From positions 248,001 through 312,000 of IMG/VR virus record IMGVR_UViG_3300032245_001860: a DNA stretch of 64,000 bases; one strand, written 5' to 3'. This document shows, in pieces, positions 40,783 to 49,281 of this stretch; position 1 is the stretch's first letter, and the number at the start of each line of letters is the position of its first letter. The position numbers were made by a program, and so were the translations under genes. Below the pieces are notes generated by a model that ran no database searches, was not told the DNA's origin, and worked only from the letters and a program-made list of their open reading frames with translations.

Positions 40783-41084
40783 TATAATTCGTCACTTTCT
40801 TCTTCATCTTCTTCATCAACTTCAAGAATCTGATAGTTTAGCCATTCAAGAGTGTCGCTAATAGTTTCTCTAAGTTTGATGATTCCAGCCACAGCAATTC
40901 CATGGCCTTCGTTGATGTTAGTAACTAAATTATAACCTTCTAAAATAACTTCAGTAGCTTCTAATGATTTTGCCAGTCTTTCAGTAAGTTCTTCTGGGTC
41001 TAAATTTCTGATATTTTCAAGATGTTTTTTATATTCTTCTTGAAGTTGTAATTCTTTTTCAGTGTCCATATTGATAGATTCCAT
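40782..41084 (-). CDS. acidic helical hypothetical protein
   Basis: TAATG-coupled to the DUF1257 gene; start uncertain (41084 or 41069). Confidence 0.6.
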   Translation of the reverse strand: MESINMDTEKELQLQEEYKKHLENIRNLDPEELTERLAKSLEATEVILEGYNLVTNINEGHGIAVAGIIKLRETISDTLEWLNYQILEVDEEDEEESDEL

Positions 41085-41138
41085 AAGTTGTGTCCTCAAA
41101 GTAAATTGTACAAGCTTAATGAATATAGAGGTATGAAT

Positions 41139-41504
41139 ATGAATAATTATTTTGTTGTTTTAAGTTGTTTGTGTTTACTGTCTGCTCCGGTTAAGGCTTT
41201 TTCACAACCAATTCAACCAATTGTCCAAGTAGATGAAAAGCCAAAGAAAGAAATATTAATTAGCATTCGCAGCAAGTTTTACAGAAATCCAGTTCAAGTG
41301 ATTGAGGGGTTTTTCAAACAAGCTGGAATTTATGATTTTTCTATCGAAGATGATGAAAAGTTAGAAAAGATGGATGTTGGAAATTTTCAATTCAAAAATA
41401 AAACAGTTGATCAAGCTATCAAAAGATTATCTTCTGAATACAAAATAGTTTTTGAAATTGAAGAAGTGGGAAAAGATAAAGTTTACAAAGTCAAAATGAG
41501 GTAA
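41139..41504 (+). CDS. exported protein with secretin N0/STN-like domain
   Basis: Signal peptide ending VKA; ISIRSKFYRNPVQVIEGFFKQAGIYDFSI...KNKTVDQAIKRL; paralogous to next ORF; GAGG upstream of ATG 41139. Confidence 0.55.
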   Translation: MNNYFVVLSCLCLLSAPVKAFSQPIQPIVQVDEKPKKEILISIRSKFYRNPVQVIEGFFKQAGIYDFSIEDDEKLEKMDVGNFQFKNKTVDQAIKRLSSEYKIVFEIEEVGKDKVYKVKMR

Positions 41505-41509
41505 GTTAA

Positions 41510-42139
41510 ATGAAAAAATTGTTAGCTCTTTTGGTTGTTTTATGTGCATGTAATATTTCTTATGCACAAAACATTAAAGTTGATTTGAAAGATGCTCCAG
41601 TAAGAACAACACTTGAAGCTATGTTTAAAGACGCTGGAATTAAAAATTATGTCATTGATAATTCTGTATCTGGATTTATCACAATGACTTTAGAAGATAT
41701 ACCTTTTGAAAACGCACTCAAAATTGTAATGAGAAATTCTTTTCCTCCACTTACATATACTAAAGAAAATGATGTATGGATTGTTAAAGAAAGAAAGATT
41801 ACAGAATACAAACAACCAGCTCCAGCTATTACGGTTGAAGAGCCAAGAGGAGCAATATTTGAAAGAATACCATTAACATTTATTGATCCTTTAGATTTAA
41901 TGAGCGCTTTTGGTAACATTCTGTACATAAGACAATTTGGAAGATCGGATGGCATGTATGGAAGTGGTATGGGTGGCCTTGGCGGTGGCAATAATAACAG
42001 CTTTCTCGGAAGCAATGGAGGCCTTGGATTGGGCAGTGGTAATGGAATGGGCGGAGGAGCAATGGGAGGCCTTGGCGGTGCTTTCGGTGGAGGAATGAAT
42101 GGTGGAATAGGTGGATTTGGTGGCGGAAGGAATTTCTAA
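41510..42139 (+). CDS. exported secretin-N-terminal-like protein with Gly-rich tail and no secretin barrel
   Basis: Signal peptide ending SYA; IKVDLKDAPVRTTLEAMF...YVIDNSVSGFITMTLEDIPFENALKIVM resembles PilQ/GspD N0; IPLTFIDPxDL resembles the start of a secretin N-ring domain. Confidence 0.7.
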   Translation: MKKLLALLVVLCACNISYAQNIKVDLKDAPVRTTLEAMFKDAGIKNYVIDNSVSGFITMTLEDIPFENALKIVMRNSFPPLTYTKENDVWIVKERKITEYKQPAPAITVEEPRGAIFERIPLTFIDPLDLMSAFGNILYIRQFGRSDGMYGSGMGGLGGGNNNSFLGSNGGLGLGSGNGMGGGAMGGLGGAFGGGMNGGIGGFGGGRNF

Positions 42140-42408
42140 TGTCACATTTTTATTTAAGAAAATCATACACTTTTTCAGAAACAGATGAAATGATGCTTGA
42201 TATTAGAAAAGAAATGTCAAATTTCCTCACCAAAGAAGAAGCTGAATTCATTTTAAATAGAAGATATGCTCTTATAGATCCACCTCCTTTTAAAAACAAT
42301 GAATTAGATATGCTGCAAGATAAAGTTTATGATTTAGAAAGAAAATTGCAAATCGCATTAATTGAAATTGAAAAACTCAAGAATGTAAAAAAACATTCGA
42401 GTCCATAA
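42139..42408 (+). CDS. hypothetical protein with C-terminal coiled coil
   Basis: TAATG-coupled; heptad pattern LQDKVYDLERKLQIALIEIEKL. Confidence 0.6.
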   Translation: MSHFYLRKSYTFSETDEMMLDIRKEMSNFLTKEEAEFILNRRYALIDPPPFKNNELDMLQDKVYDLERKLQIALIEIEKLKNVKKHSSP

Positions 42409-42950
42409 TGAATAACTATATAATCTTTTATCCAAAAGATATTGACAATAATGACGAACCAAAAGAAACTGTTTTATGGGAAGTAAAATATCACTTGCAT
42501 AGCAGTATGATAGATTTGCCTGATTATTTGTTAAGTTTATTGGAAGCAGATCAAAAACAAGCATATCCTATTAGTAAATGGCACTACGAATTTGCTAATT
42601 TAGGTATGCAGTTAATTTATGACTACGTGTATGCAAAAGAATATGCATATTTTTTAGATAACATTCCATTTTTTACTGCAACATTGTCAGCTTTGGATTT
42701 AAATAGATTCAACAACCAGATAGTGGTCAAACAAAAAGTTGGAAAAAAGCTTCTCAAAGAAATGAAGCTTAGAAACCAAGGAGTTATGCATCCTGAAAAG
42801 TTTCACAAAAAAATGATTGAATTAACAGATATATCAGATGAAAAATTCTTGATACATGAAGAAATATGTGACACTTTATTGAATTTAGAAAATTTATGTG
42901 AAAAATGTGTGCAGTACGAAAGTCTGATTGAATGGAAATCTATATGTTAG
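42408..42950 (+). CDS. hypothetical protein
   Basis: 180 aa, TAATG-coupled. Confidence 0.65.
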   Translation: MNNYIIFYPKDIDNNDEPKETVLWEVKYHLHSSMIDLPDYLLSLLEADQKQAYPISKWHYEFANLGMQLIYDYVYAKEYAYFLDNIPFFTATLSALDLNRFNNQIVVKQKVGKKLLKEMKLRNQGVMHPEKFHKKMIELTDISDEKFLIHEEICDTLLNLENLCEKCVQYESLIEWKSIC

Positions 42951-42961
42951 AGGTGATTTAA

Positions 42962-43414
42962 ATGAGTTGGTATAGATTAGCACAGCAACCAGACAATTGG
43001 TCTAATATCTTAAAAGGCAATCAGCCAGGTACAGCATCGAACCCAAAAGGAATTCTTGTGAGTTATGCTGATTATCAAAAATTAAAATCTTTTGGTACTG
43101 GTAGTGGACCTATTAGTGTTTTAGATAAAGATACAAATCAATATGTAACTGTTATACATGGTGGCTTAACTCCTGACAATAAATTTGGTTTTGCAGATGG
43201 CAAGGGTGGATTTGTTTTTCCTAATGAAGAAGATGACTGGGCTACTAAATTAGGCGTAAATCCATCAAACTTCATAGTTTCTTGTTATGAAGGGTCTGCA
43301 AATGCTGGAGACTTTAAAGCTGCTACAAACTACCAAGGCAAACTTGAAATGTCAATGCCTCAGACAGTAACAGACACTACTCAAGATGTTAGAATTAACG
43401 TTTCAGGTGCATAA
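42962..43414 (+). CDS. hypothetical protein, possible caspase-fold His-Cys peptidase
   Basis: GAGGT upstream; VTVIHG ... FIVSC dyad-like spacing; starts MSWYRLAQ. Confidence 0.55.
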   Translation: MSWYRLAQQPDNWSNILKGNQPGTASNPKGILVSYADYQKLKSFGTGSGPISVLDKDTNQYVTVIHGGLTPDNKFGFADGKGGFVFPNEEDDWATKLGVNPSNFIVSCYEGSANAGDFKAATNYQGKLEMSMPQTVTDTTQDVRINVSGA

Positions 43415-43434
43415 AATACCTGTACAATTCTAAA

Positions 43435-44055
43435 ATGATTTCTTTATGTATTACTCATCGAGTTGACGAGGATATATCTTGGGTTGAAGATATTTATGGT
43501 GATTTATTAATTTATAATAAAGGAGACGAATGGGATCTTCCATATCCTTGTCATGAGTCTCCCAAGATACCTAATGAAGTTGATACTTTTTTAAGGGGCA
43601 TTATTGAAGCTTATGATATTATGCCAAATTATAGATTTGTTTACCTTCTAAGACCTAATTGCAGACACTTTGATGAAGATGTTACATCTTATATAAGCAT
43701 AAATCAATACAATCAAGTTAATGATAATGAGATAGTTCCACTTGCTGATAAATTTTTTGATTTCAATTTAGATCAAGCTAAAAAAACTCTTAATGAGAAT
43801 CAAATATTAGTATTAGATTCTGTATTAGATATTATGAGTAAGTTAGGGATTAATTTGAATGATAAGACCTATTCATGCTCATATGGTTCTCAGTATTTTT
43901 TTAGTAGCCAGTTTGTAATCAATAAACCCAAAGAATGGTGGATTGCTGTGCATAGTATAGCTAATCAAATATATGAAAGTTTTGGAAATGATGTTTCTTA
44001 TATATTTGAAATTTTGTGGCCAATGATTCTAAGACATTCTTTAATTCAAGAATAA
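43435..44055 (+). CDS. divergent DUF3431-like protein
   Basis: EDISWV..LIYNKG...SQYFFS...KPKEWW...FEILWP. Confidence 0.7.
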   Translation: MISLCITHRVDEDISWVEDIYGDLLIYNKGDEWDLPYPCHESPKIPNEVDTFLRGIIEAYDIMPNYRFVYLLRPNCRHFDEDVTSYISINQYNQVNDNEIVPLADKFFDFNLDQAKKTLNENQILVLDSVLDIMSKLGINLNDKTYSCSYGSQYFFSSQFVINKPKEWWIAVHSIANQIYESFGNDVSYIFEILWPMILRHSLIQE

Positions 44056-44066
44056 TGTGAGTAATT

Positions 44067-44771
44067 ATGAATAATATTTTTGTTCCAAATAATTATATAA
44101 AATTAAGTTCTATAAAAGTTTCTAAAGACATAGAAGAAGCTTACAAGGAAAATAAAGGTTTTGAAGTTAAGTTAGAATTTAATGATTTACCATATGGTGA
44201 AAATGCCTTGTCTAAATCAATAGATGAAGAAACTATGAATCTACACCATGACAAACATCATAAGAAATATTTTGATAATTTAATGGAAGCCCTGTCAGAT
44301 CAAAACATAGACAATTTGAATGTGAATGATGTATTGTCTAATCTTGAAAAATATCCCAAGTCAATAAGAGAAAAGATTAGAAATAATGGTGGTGGTCACT
44401 TTAACCATGAGTTTTTTTGGAATCTAATGTCTCCAACACCTAAAACAAAACCTGAAGGTAAATTACTTCAAATGATTGAGAATCAATTTCAATCATTTGA
44501 AAATTTTAAAGAAGAATTTATTCAAACTGGCTTAGATAGATTCGGATCAGGCTGGGTATGGCTTTGCGTAAACAATGGAAAATTAAAATTGTCATCTATG
44601 CCAAATCAAGATAATCCAATAATTGAGAAATGCGGAGTGCCTTTGGTTGGATGTGATGTTTGGGAACATGCATATTACTTAAAATATAAGAATGACAGAG
44701 AGGCATACTTAAAAGCCTGGTTTGATGTTTTAAACTGGGATTTTCCTGAAAAAATTATATCAAAATTGTAA
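44067..44771 (+). CDS. sodA: Mn/Fe superoxide dismutase with N-terminal extension
   Basis: LPY..AL, HHDKHH, NNGGGHFNH (Mn-type signature), FGSGWVWL, PNQD, DVWEHAYY. Confidence 0.95.
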   Translation: MNNIFVPNNYIKLSSIKVSKDIEEAYKENKGFEVKLEFNDLPYGENALSKSIDEETMNLHHDKHHKKYFDNLMEALSDQNIDNLNVNDVLSNLEKYPKSIREKIRNNGGGHFNHEFFWNLMSPTPKTKPEGKLLQMIENQFQSFENFKEEFIQTGLDRFGSGWVWLCVNNGKLKLSSMPNQDNPIIEKCGVPLVGCDVWEHAYYLKYKNDREAYLKAWFDVLNWDFPEKIISKL

Positions 44772-44789
44772 ATTTGTATAATTTTTTTT

Positions 44790-45452
44790 ATGAAAGACAG
44801 ATTGGTTGTAATTGCAAGATATAATGAAAATTTAGATTGGTTAAAAAATCTAAATAATCCTTTTATGGTCTACAATAAAGGCCAAGAATTTCCATATGAA
44901 ATAATTAGAAAAGACATTCCTAATAAGGGTAGAGAAGCAGAGACATATATTAGATCAATCATTGAAAATTATTCTGTGCTGAGTCAATATAAATATATGG
45001 TTTTCTTGCAAGGAAATCCATTTGATCATTGCCAGGATTTATACAACAAAATAAATTCATATGATAATGAAAATACTTTTGATTACTTATCTGAATTAAA
45101 TGGCGAAGTGCAATTTGATAAAATTTTATACTTAAGAGATCATTCTGTTTCTTTAATTGATTGTTTATTGAATCAAAGTTATGTAAATCAATCAGGTGCA
45201 GTAAAAACACTTTTATTGTTAAATCTAATCGGTATCAAATTACAATCTTGTCAATGGAGTTATGCATGTGGTGCTCAATATATAGTTCCAACCAAAATAA
45301 TTCTAAATAAATCTATAGAATGGTGGATGCATTTTTATAGAATTTTTCAATGCTATTCTACTTCAGCCCCTAATGACTTTGCTTACATATTGGAATTGAC
45401 TTGGCCGATTATATGGAATTTTTCTGACAATACAAAGGAAGAATCATATTAA
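44790..45452 (+). CDS. DUF3431 family protein
   Basis: VIARYNENLDW..YNKG..PNKGREAETY..FLQGNPFDH..GAQYIV..LELTWP. Confidence 0.8.
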   Translation: MKDRLVVIARYNENLDWLKNLNNPFMVYNKGQEFPYEIIRKDIPNKGREAETYIRSIIENYSVLSQYKYMVFLQGNPFDHCQDLYNKINSYDNENTFDYLSELNGEVQFDKILYLRDHSVSLIDCLLNQSYVNQSGAVKTLLLLNLIGIKLQSCQWSYACGAQYIVPTKIILNKSIEWWMHFYRIFQCYSTSAPNDFAYILELTWPIIWNFSDNTKEESY

Positions 45453-45495
45453 TGCAAATAATAAGTATATAAGAGATTTTCGGAGATCAAAAAAA

Positions 45496-45870
45496 ATGAA
45501 TTTTGTTACTAATTTACTTACAATGCATAATCAATTCAAAGTTTATCATTGGCAAACACAAAGAAAAGTCGGAAGTTTTGCTCAACATAATGCTTTTGGC
45601 ACAGCATATGATGATTTAACTGATCACATTGATGATTTTATTGAGATATATCAAGGTAAACGTGGTGCAATAATTGGTAAAAATGGCTTTACAATTAATC
45701 TACAAAATCTTGATGATAATCCTGTTGCTTTTGTTGATGAATTCATTAGCTATTTAACTCAACATGTAACAGAAGCGCTTGATCCTGTTGCTGACACTGA
45801 TTTATTAAATATTAGAGATGAAATGCTTGGTATTTTGAACCAGACAAAGTACCGTTTAAATATGAAGTAG
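45496..45870 (+). CDS. ferritin/Dps-like four-helix protein (DUF5856-like)
   Basis: KVYHWQT...HNAFGxxYDxLxxxIDxFIExYQG...LNIRDEM...KYRL. Confidence 0.8.
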   Translation: MNFVTNLLTMHNQFKVYHWQTQRKVGSFAQHNAFGTAYDDLTDHIDDFIEIYQGKRGAIIGKNGFTINLQNLDDNPVAFVDEFISYLTQHVTEALDPVADTDLLNIRDEMLGILNQTKYRLNMK

Positions 45871-46245
45871 ATGAATCAACTTAATGAAAAAATTGCCATC
45901 ATTTTTACTAAATGTTTTGGCAATATGTTTACATTCTGGGCATTTTGTGGCTGGGCATTTTTACCATTGATTCCAGTTTTATCTAATTACAAAGAAACAA
46001 TTTTATACATAAGCAGCGGGTTTATACAACTCGCTGCTCTTCCTTTAATAATGGTTGGTCAAGAAGTTTTAGGTCGTGATTCTGAAAAAAGATCTTTAAA
46101 AGACCATGAAATGATACAAACTCAATTTTATAGAATGGAAGATGCAATGGATAAATTAGGCTTGATATTAGAAGAAATAAGAGAATTGCATTTACATACA
46201 CATAAAATGCTCAAGAAAGATAATGATGTCCCAGAAGACTTATAA
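45871..46245 (+). CDS. membrane protein, DUF1003-like
   Basis: Two hydrophobic segments; SSGFIQLAALPLIMVGQ...KDHE followed by coiled coil. Confidence 0.65.
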   Translation: MNQLNEKIAIIFTKCFGNMFTFWAFCGWAFLPLIPVLSNYKETILYISSGFIQLAALPLIMVGQEVLGRDSEKRSLKDHEMIQTQFYRMEDAMDKLGLILEEIRELHLHTHKMLKKDNDVPEDL

Positions 46246-46468
46246 TAGTTATTATGATTCTGATGGTGTAAAAGCAATGGTCGCTAAAAAATTAGCAACT
46301 TTAGAACTTTCCAATGGTGAGATGAAAAAAAGCTTAGAGTTTTCTCTCAATCTTGATACAGAGCAATTAAAAAATATATATAAAAACCTGTCCAAAAATC
46401 AGCAAAAAACCAAATTTGGACAGGCTATAAAAATGATCATAGAAATCAAAGAAGAGTTTTATTTATAA
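46223..46468 (+). CDS. hypothetical protein
   Basis: 81-aa ORF filling the gap in a + strand run. Confidence 0.5.
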   Translation: MMSQKTYNSYYDSDGVKAMVAKKLATLELSNGEMKKSLEFSLNLDTEQLKNIYKNLSKNQQKTKFGQAIKMIIEIKEEFYL

Positions 46469-46839
46469 CCACAACCCCCGCAAGTGTCGTACTCTTCTCC
46501 TTCTATAGAGAAACTTTTGTTACATCCACAAGTTTTTGCAGCGTTTGGATTTTCTACCTTAAATCCAGATTGCATTCCATTTTCTTGATAATCTATAACA
46601 CATCCATTGACATATTTTGCTGAACTATATTCTACTGCAATTTTTATATCTTTATCATAAACTATAATGTCATCGATTTCAGGCTCACCTTCTGCTAAAG
46701 CAAGTCCATATTGTAATCCTGAACATCCTCCACCAGACACATAAAAAGCAAGATAAGCATCAGAAACAGATTGATCTTCTATAGTGTTCAAAATAATTTT
46801 AGCTGCAGTTTCAGTTAAAGAAATATTTAAATCATTCAT
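46459..46839 (-). CDS. HesB/IscA/ErpA A-type Fe-S cluster carrier
   Basis: ISLTETAA, GGCSGLQY, GFKVENPNA, TCGCNKSF; extra C-terminal CGGC. Confidence 0.92.
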   Translation of the reverse strand: MNDLNISLTETAAKIILNTIEDQSVSDAYLAFYVSGGGCSGLQYGLALAEGEPEIDDIIVYDKDIKIAVEYSSAKYVNGCVIDYQENGMQSGFKVENPNAAKTCGCNKSFSIEGEEYDTCGGCGYK

Positions 46840-46841
46840 AT

Positions 46842-47717
46842 TTACCTCAAAATTTCAAACCTTGTTGCATGTATTACTGGTCTCACTAAAACTAAATCAA
46901 GTGCTGTGTCAACTAAAACTTGAGCAGTAATATCAGTTTCAGGCTCTACAGAATCAGTATGCACTATTAAACCCTTTTTATGTTCTCCAACCACAATCTT
47001 TTGAGCAAAATATAACAGTGAAGCTTCTTTACTCTCAGCAATCTGAAATTTTTTCAACCAAGAGCTGACCCAATCTTGCTCAACAATGCTATTATTCTTT
47101 TTAACAACCCAGTTTTCTGGGTGTAATAATGCTAAATCATATCTTGTCGAAAGTGATTTTACATCTTCCATGTCATCAGCATTTGTAGCTTTTATGCAAA
47201 GTTCACCATCAAAGTTATCAATTAAAGTCTTTGTAACTTTTAATGGTTCTTCAATTTTAACATGGTAATCATGAAGCATTTCATTGAGTAATGTTTCAGC
47301 TTTGCCATAATTTTCATTTTGCAAAGCATCATCAAGCTCATAATGAATATCTAAAGTGGAAGCTAATTTCTTTAGATAATCTATAACTTCTTCTTCAGAA
47401 AGTAAAATTATATCTGTATCTTGAGTTCTTGCTAATTTTGGTTCTATAATTCTAAATTTGAATAAATCTTCAATGATAATTTTATAATAGCCCCAAGCTT
47501 GATGGTTGATATTTAGGAAACATTCATGTATGAGATTTCCATTTGACCCAAAAACATCTGTTGGTATAATTTGCATAAATGAATTTTGTTCTGGATCTAC
47601 TAAGCCAAGAGAAGTTGTTTCAGTTCCTAATCTCATAGCACATCGAACAATATCTTGATTATCTTCAACCCAAATGGCAATTCCTGCTTCTAAGGCATAT
47701 TCTGGTGTTTTTTCCAT
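46842..47717 (-). CDS. hypothetical protein (291 aa)
   Basis: Long acidic ORF; TATAAT 6 nt upstream of ATG. Confidence 0.7.
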   Translation of the reverse strand: MEKTPEYALEAGIAIWVEDNQDIVRCAMRLGTETTSLGLVDPEQNSFMQIIPTDVFGSNGNLIHECFLNINHQAWGYYKIIIEDLFKFRIIEPKLARTQDTDIILLSEEEVIDYLKKLASTLDIHYELDDALQNENYGKAETLLNEMLHDYHVKIEEPLKVTKTLIDNFDGELCIKATNADDMEDVKSLSTRYDLALLHPENWVVKKNNSIVEQDWVSSWLKKFQIAESKEASLLYFAQKIVVGEHKKGLIVHTDSVEPETDITAQVLVDTALDLVLVRPVIHATRFEILR

Positions 47718-47743
47718 AAAACTATTATACGTTAGAACTCATT

Positions 47744-48463
47744 TTAAATATCTTTGTGTTCAATGTGCAATTCTTCTATTTTTTTAAGAAATTTGTCTAT
47801 GGTTCTGATAGATGGGTTTTCAATGGTAATCTCATGTAGATTGGGTTTGTTAGCTTCTTTATTTAAAACTATAATACTATCGTAATAAACAATCGATTCT
47901 AAATTTTTAGTGAAATAAGTATGATCAATTTCTATAGAGTTTCGGGAATTTAATTGATCAATAATATTTTTAGTATGTTCAATGAAGCTTTTTGGATTTT
48001 TATAACCACCATCATCATAAAATTTAAAATAAGATGTATGGCAATCCTCTACAAGATATATTCCATTATCAGATAGTAAATGTTCAAAAGCAAAATTTAA
48101 AGTTTGGATTTGATGATTGTTTTTATGACTTCCATCATCAAGAATTACATCAAATTTGCCATATTTAGCAGCAATTTTTTCAAGAAAATCAATGTCTGAT
48201 TGATCTCCTATTTCAATTTTGATATTATTTTTTTCAAGATTTTTGCACTCAGGTTCAATATCTATTCCAAGAATTTGTGAGTTTTCTCCAAAGCAATAAG
48301 CCCACATATCTAAAGACCCGCCTTTCCAAACACCAATTTCAAGAAATTTGATATCTTTGTCTACAAATTTTCCAAAGTGTTTATTGTAGATATCTAAGTA
48401 ATGGGTCCACTTATGAATGCTTCTATGAGTTCTGTTGTAAAAAAAATCTTCAAACTTATTCAT
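47744..48463 (-). CDS. class I SAM-dependent methyltransferase, sugar O-methyltransferase-like
   Basis: HKWxHY, LEIGVWKGGS, GIDI, GDQSD, DVILDDGSH, YLVED; start moved to ATG 48463, which has TATAAT 7 nt upstream. Confidence 0.85.
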   Translation of the reverse strand: MNKFEDFFYNRTHRSIHKWTHYLDIYNKHFGKFVDKDIKFLEIGVWKGGSLDMWAYCFGENSQILGIDIEPECKNLEKNNIKIEIGDQSDIDFLEKIAAKYGKFDVILDDGSHKNNHQIQTLNFAFEHLLSDNGIYLVEDCHTSYFKFYDDGGYKNPKSFIEHTKNIIDQLNSRNSIEIDHTYFTKNLESIVYYDSIIVLNKEANKPNLHEITIENPSIRTIDKFLKKIEELHIEHKDI

Positions 48464-48484
48464 GAAAATAATTATACTGTTAAA

Positions 48485-48516
48485 TGAAAAGGGACAGGAT
48501 GAGATCAATCCTGTCC
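48485..48516 (-). terminator. intrinsic terminator
   Basis: Minus strand ggacaggat-tgatctc-atcctgtcc followed by cttttc. Confidence 0.75.
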
Positions 48517-48598
48517 AAGCAGTTTCGTTTACAGGATTACGATACTCGCAACTTATATCTTGCCTGTTGATCCACTTAAAAAAGTCAAACTGCACAAC
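48487..48598 (-). ncRNA. candidate small structured RNA or attenuator leader (~110 nt)
   Basis: TATAAT at 48605-48610, nested stems gcagttt/aaactgc and acagg/cctgt, ends in the terminator above. Confidence 0.4.
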
Positions 48599-48679
48599 CG
48601 CCTTATTATACTGGTGGCATTTCCAGTCTTATATTAGGTCTTTTACTGAAATTACATAATAAATCGTTAAAATAATAGG

Positions 48680-49247
48680 TAACAATTTATTTTTTTTACT
48701 TGTTGCAAAAGTGTATTTTCATAAGCCAGGTTGTTTATTCCTAATACGAGATATGTCTATTTCTTGGGTAGATAAAGCCGTCAAATCTTCATCTTAACAC
48801 GCCAGTTGCGCTTGCTTTCGTCATAAGCTATACCCGCTCTCTACAGAAGTGTGCATATCTTGTTGCTCCTGAATAAGGAATACAACTCACTTCAATGTCT
48901 ACTGCATCACGAAGCAAGTAGACCTGATTTCAAGATTCTATTAGTTTTGAAATTTATAGAAACTAATAAACCTTTAATCATGCTATACAGCCCTTGACCG
49001 TGACTTCTCGGACCATATAACTACCTTTATTTTCTTAGACTTTAATGCCGCTGATTGATACATATATTCAGCGTTTATATGTATGTTTTCATCTCCATCA
49101 TAGTTCCAGGTTTCGGGCCTGAAACTCACAGAAAACAGGCTTGCTTGAACGACCATTACTGGCGGGAGCAGTAGAGAATTGCTTTATCCCTTTTTTATAT
49201 CTCACGATGTCAAGCCACCGAAATTGTTATTCAATTGTTAAAATACA
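48680..49247 (-). ncRNA. candidate large structured non-coding RNA (~550 nt), family unassigned
   Basis: ORF-free, apparently richer in GC than neighbouring spacers, consensus promoter upstream, at least 10 helices including nested long-range pairs and two pseudoknots. Confidence 0.7.
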
Positions 49248-49253
49248 AATATT

Positions 49254-49281
49254 ATTATATTGTTATTGATATTTTTGTCAA
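49254..49281 (-). promoter_or_regulatory. sigma70-type promoter for the large RNA
   Basis: TTGACA (49281-49276), 16-nt spacer, TATAAT (49259-49254) on the minus strand. Confidence 0.75.

Noticed and set aside
48464-48595. 44-aa N-terminal extension of the methyltransferase in the ORF track
   Set aside because: It runs through a terminator hairpin; the TATAAT and recognisable motifs point to ATG 48463
48517-48598. Hammerhead ribozyme (CGAAAC pairing back to GUU)
   Set aside because: The CUGANGA core is absent
48700-49010. Canonical RNase P RNA (3' AACAACCUGGCUUAU and internal GAGAAGUCACGG can form a P4-like helix)
   Set aside because: No GAGGAAAGUCC or AGUGCAACAG consensus, and the long-range pairings do not fit RNase P topology; should still be included in the cmscan test
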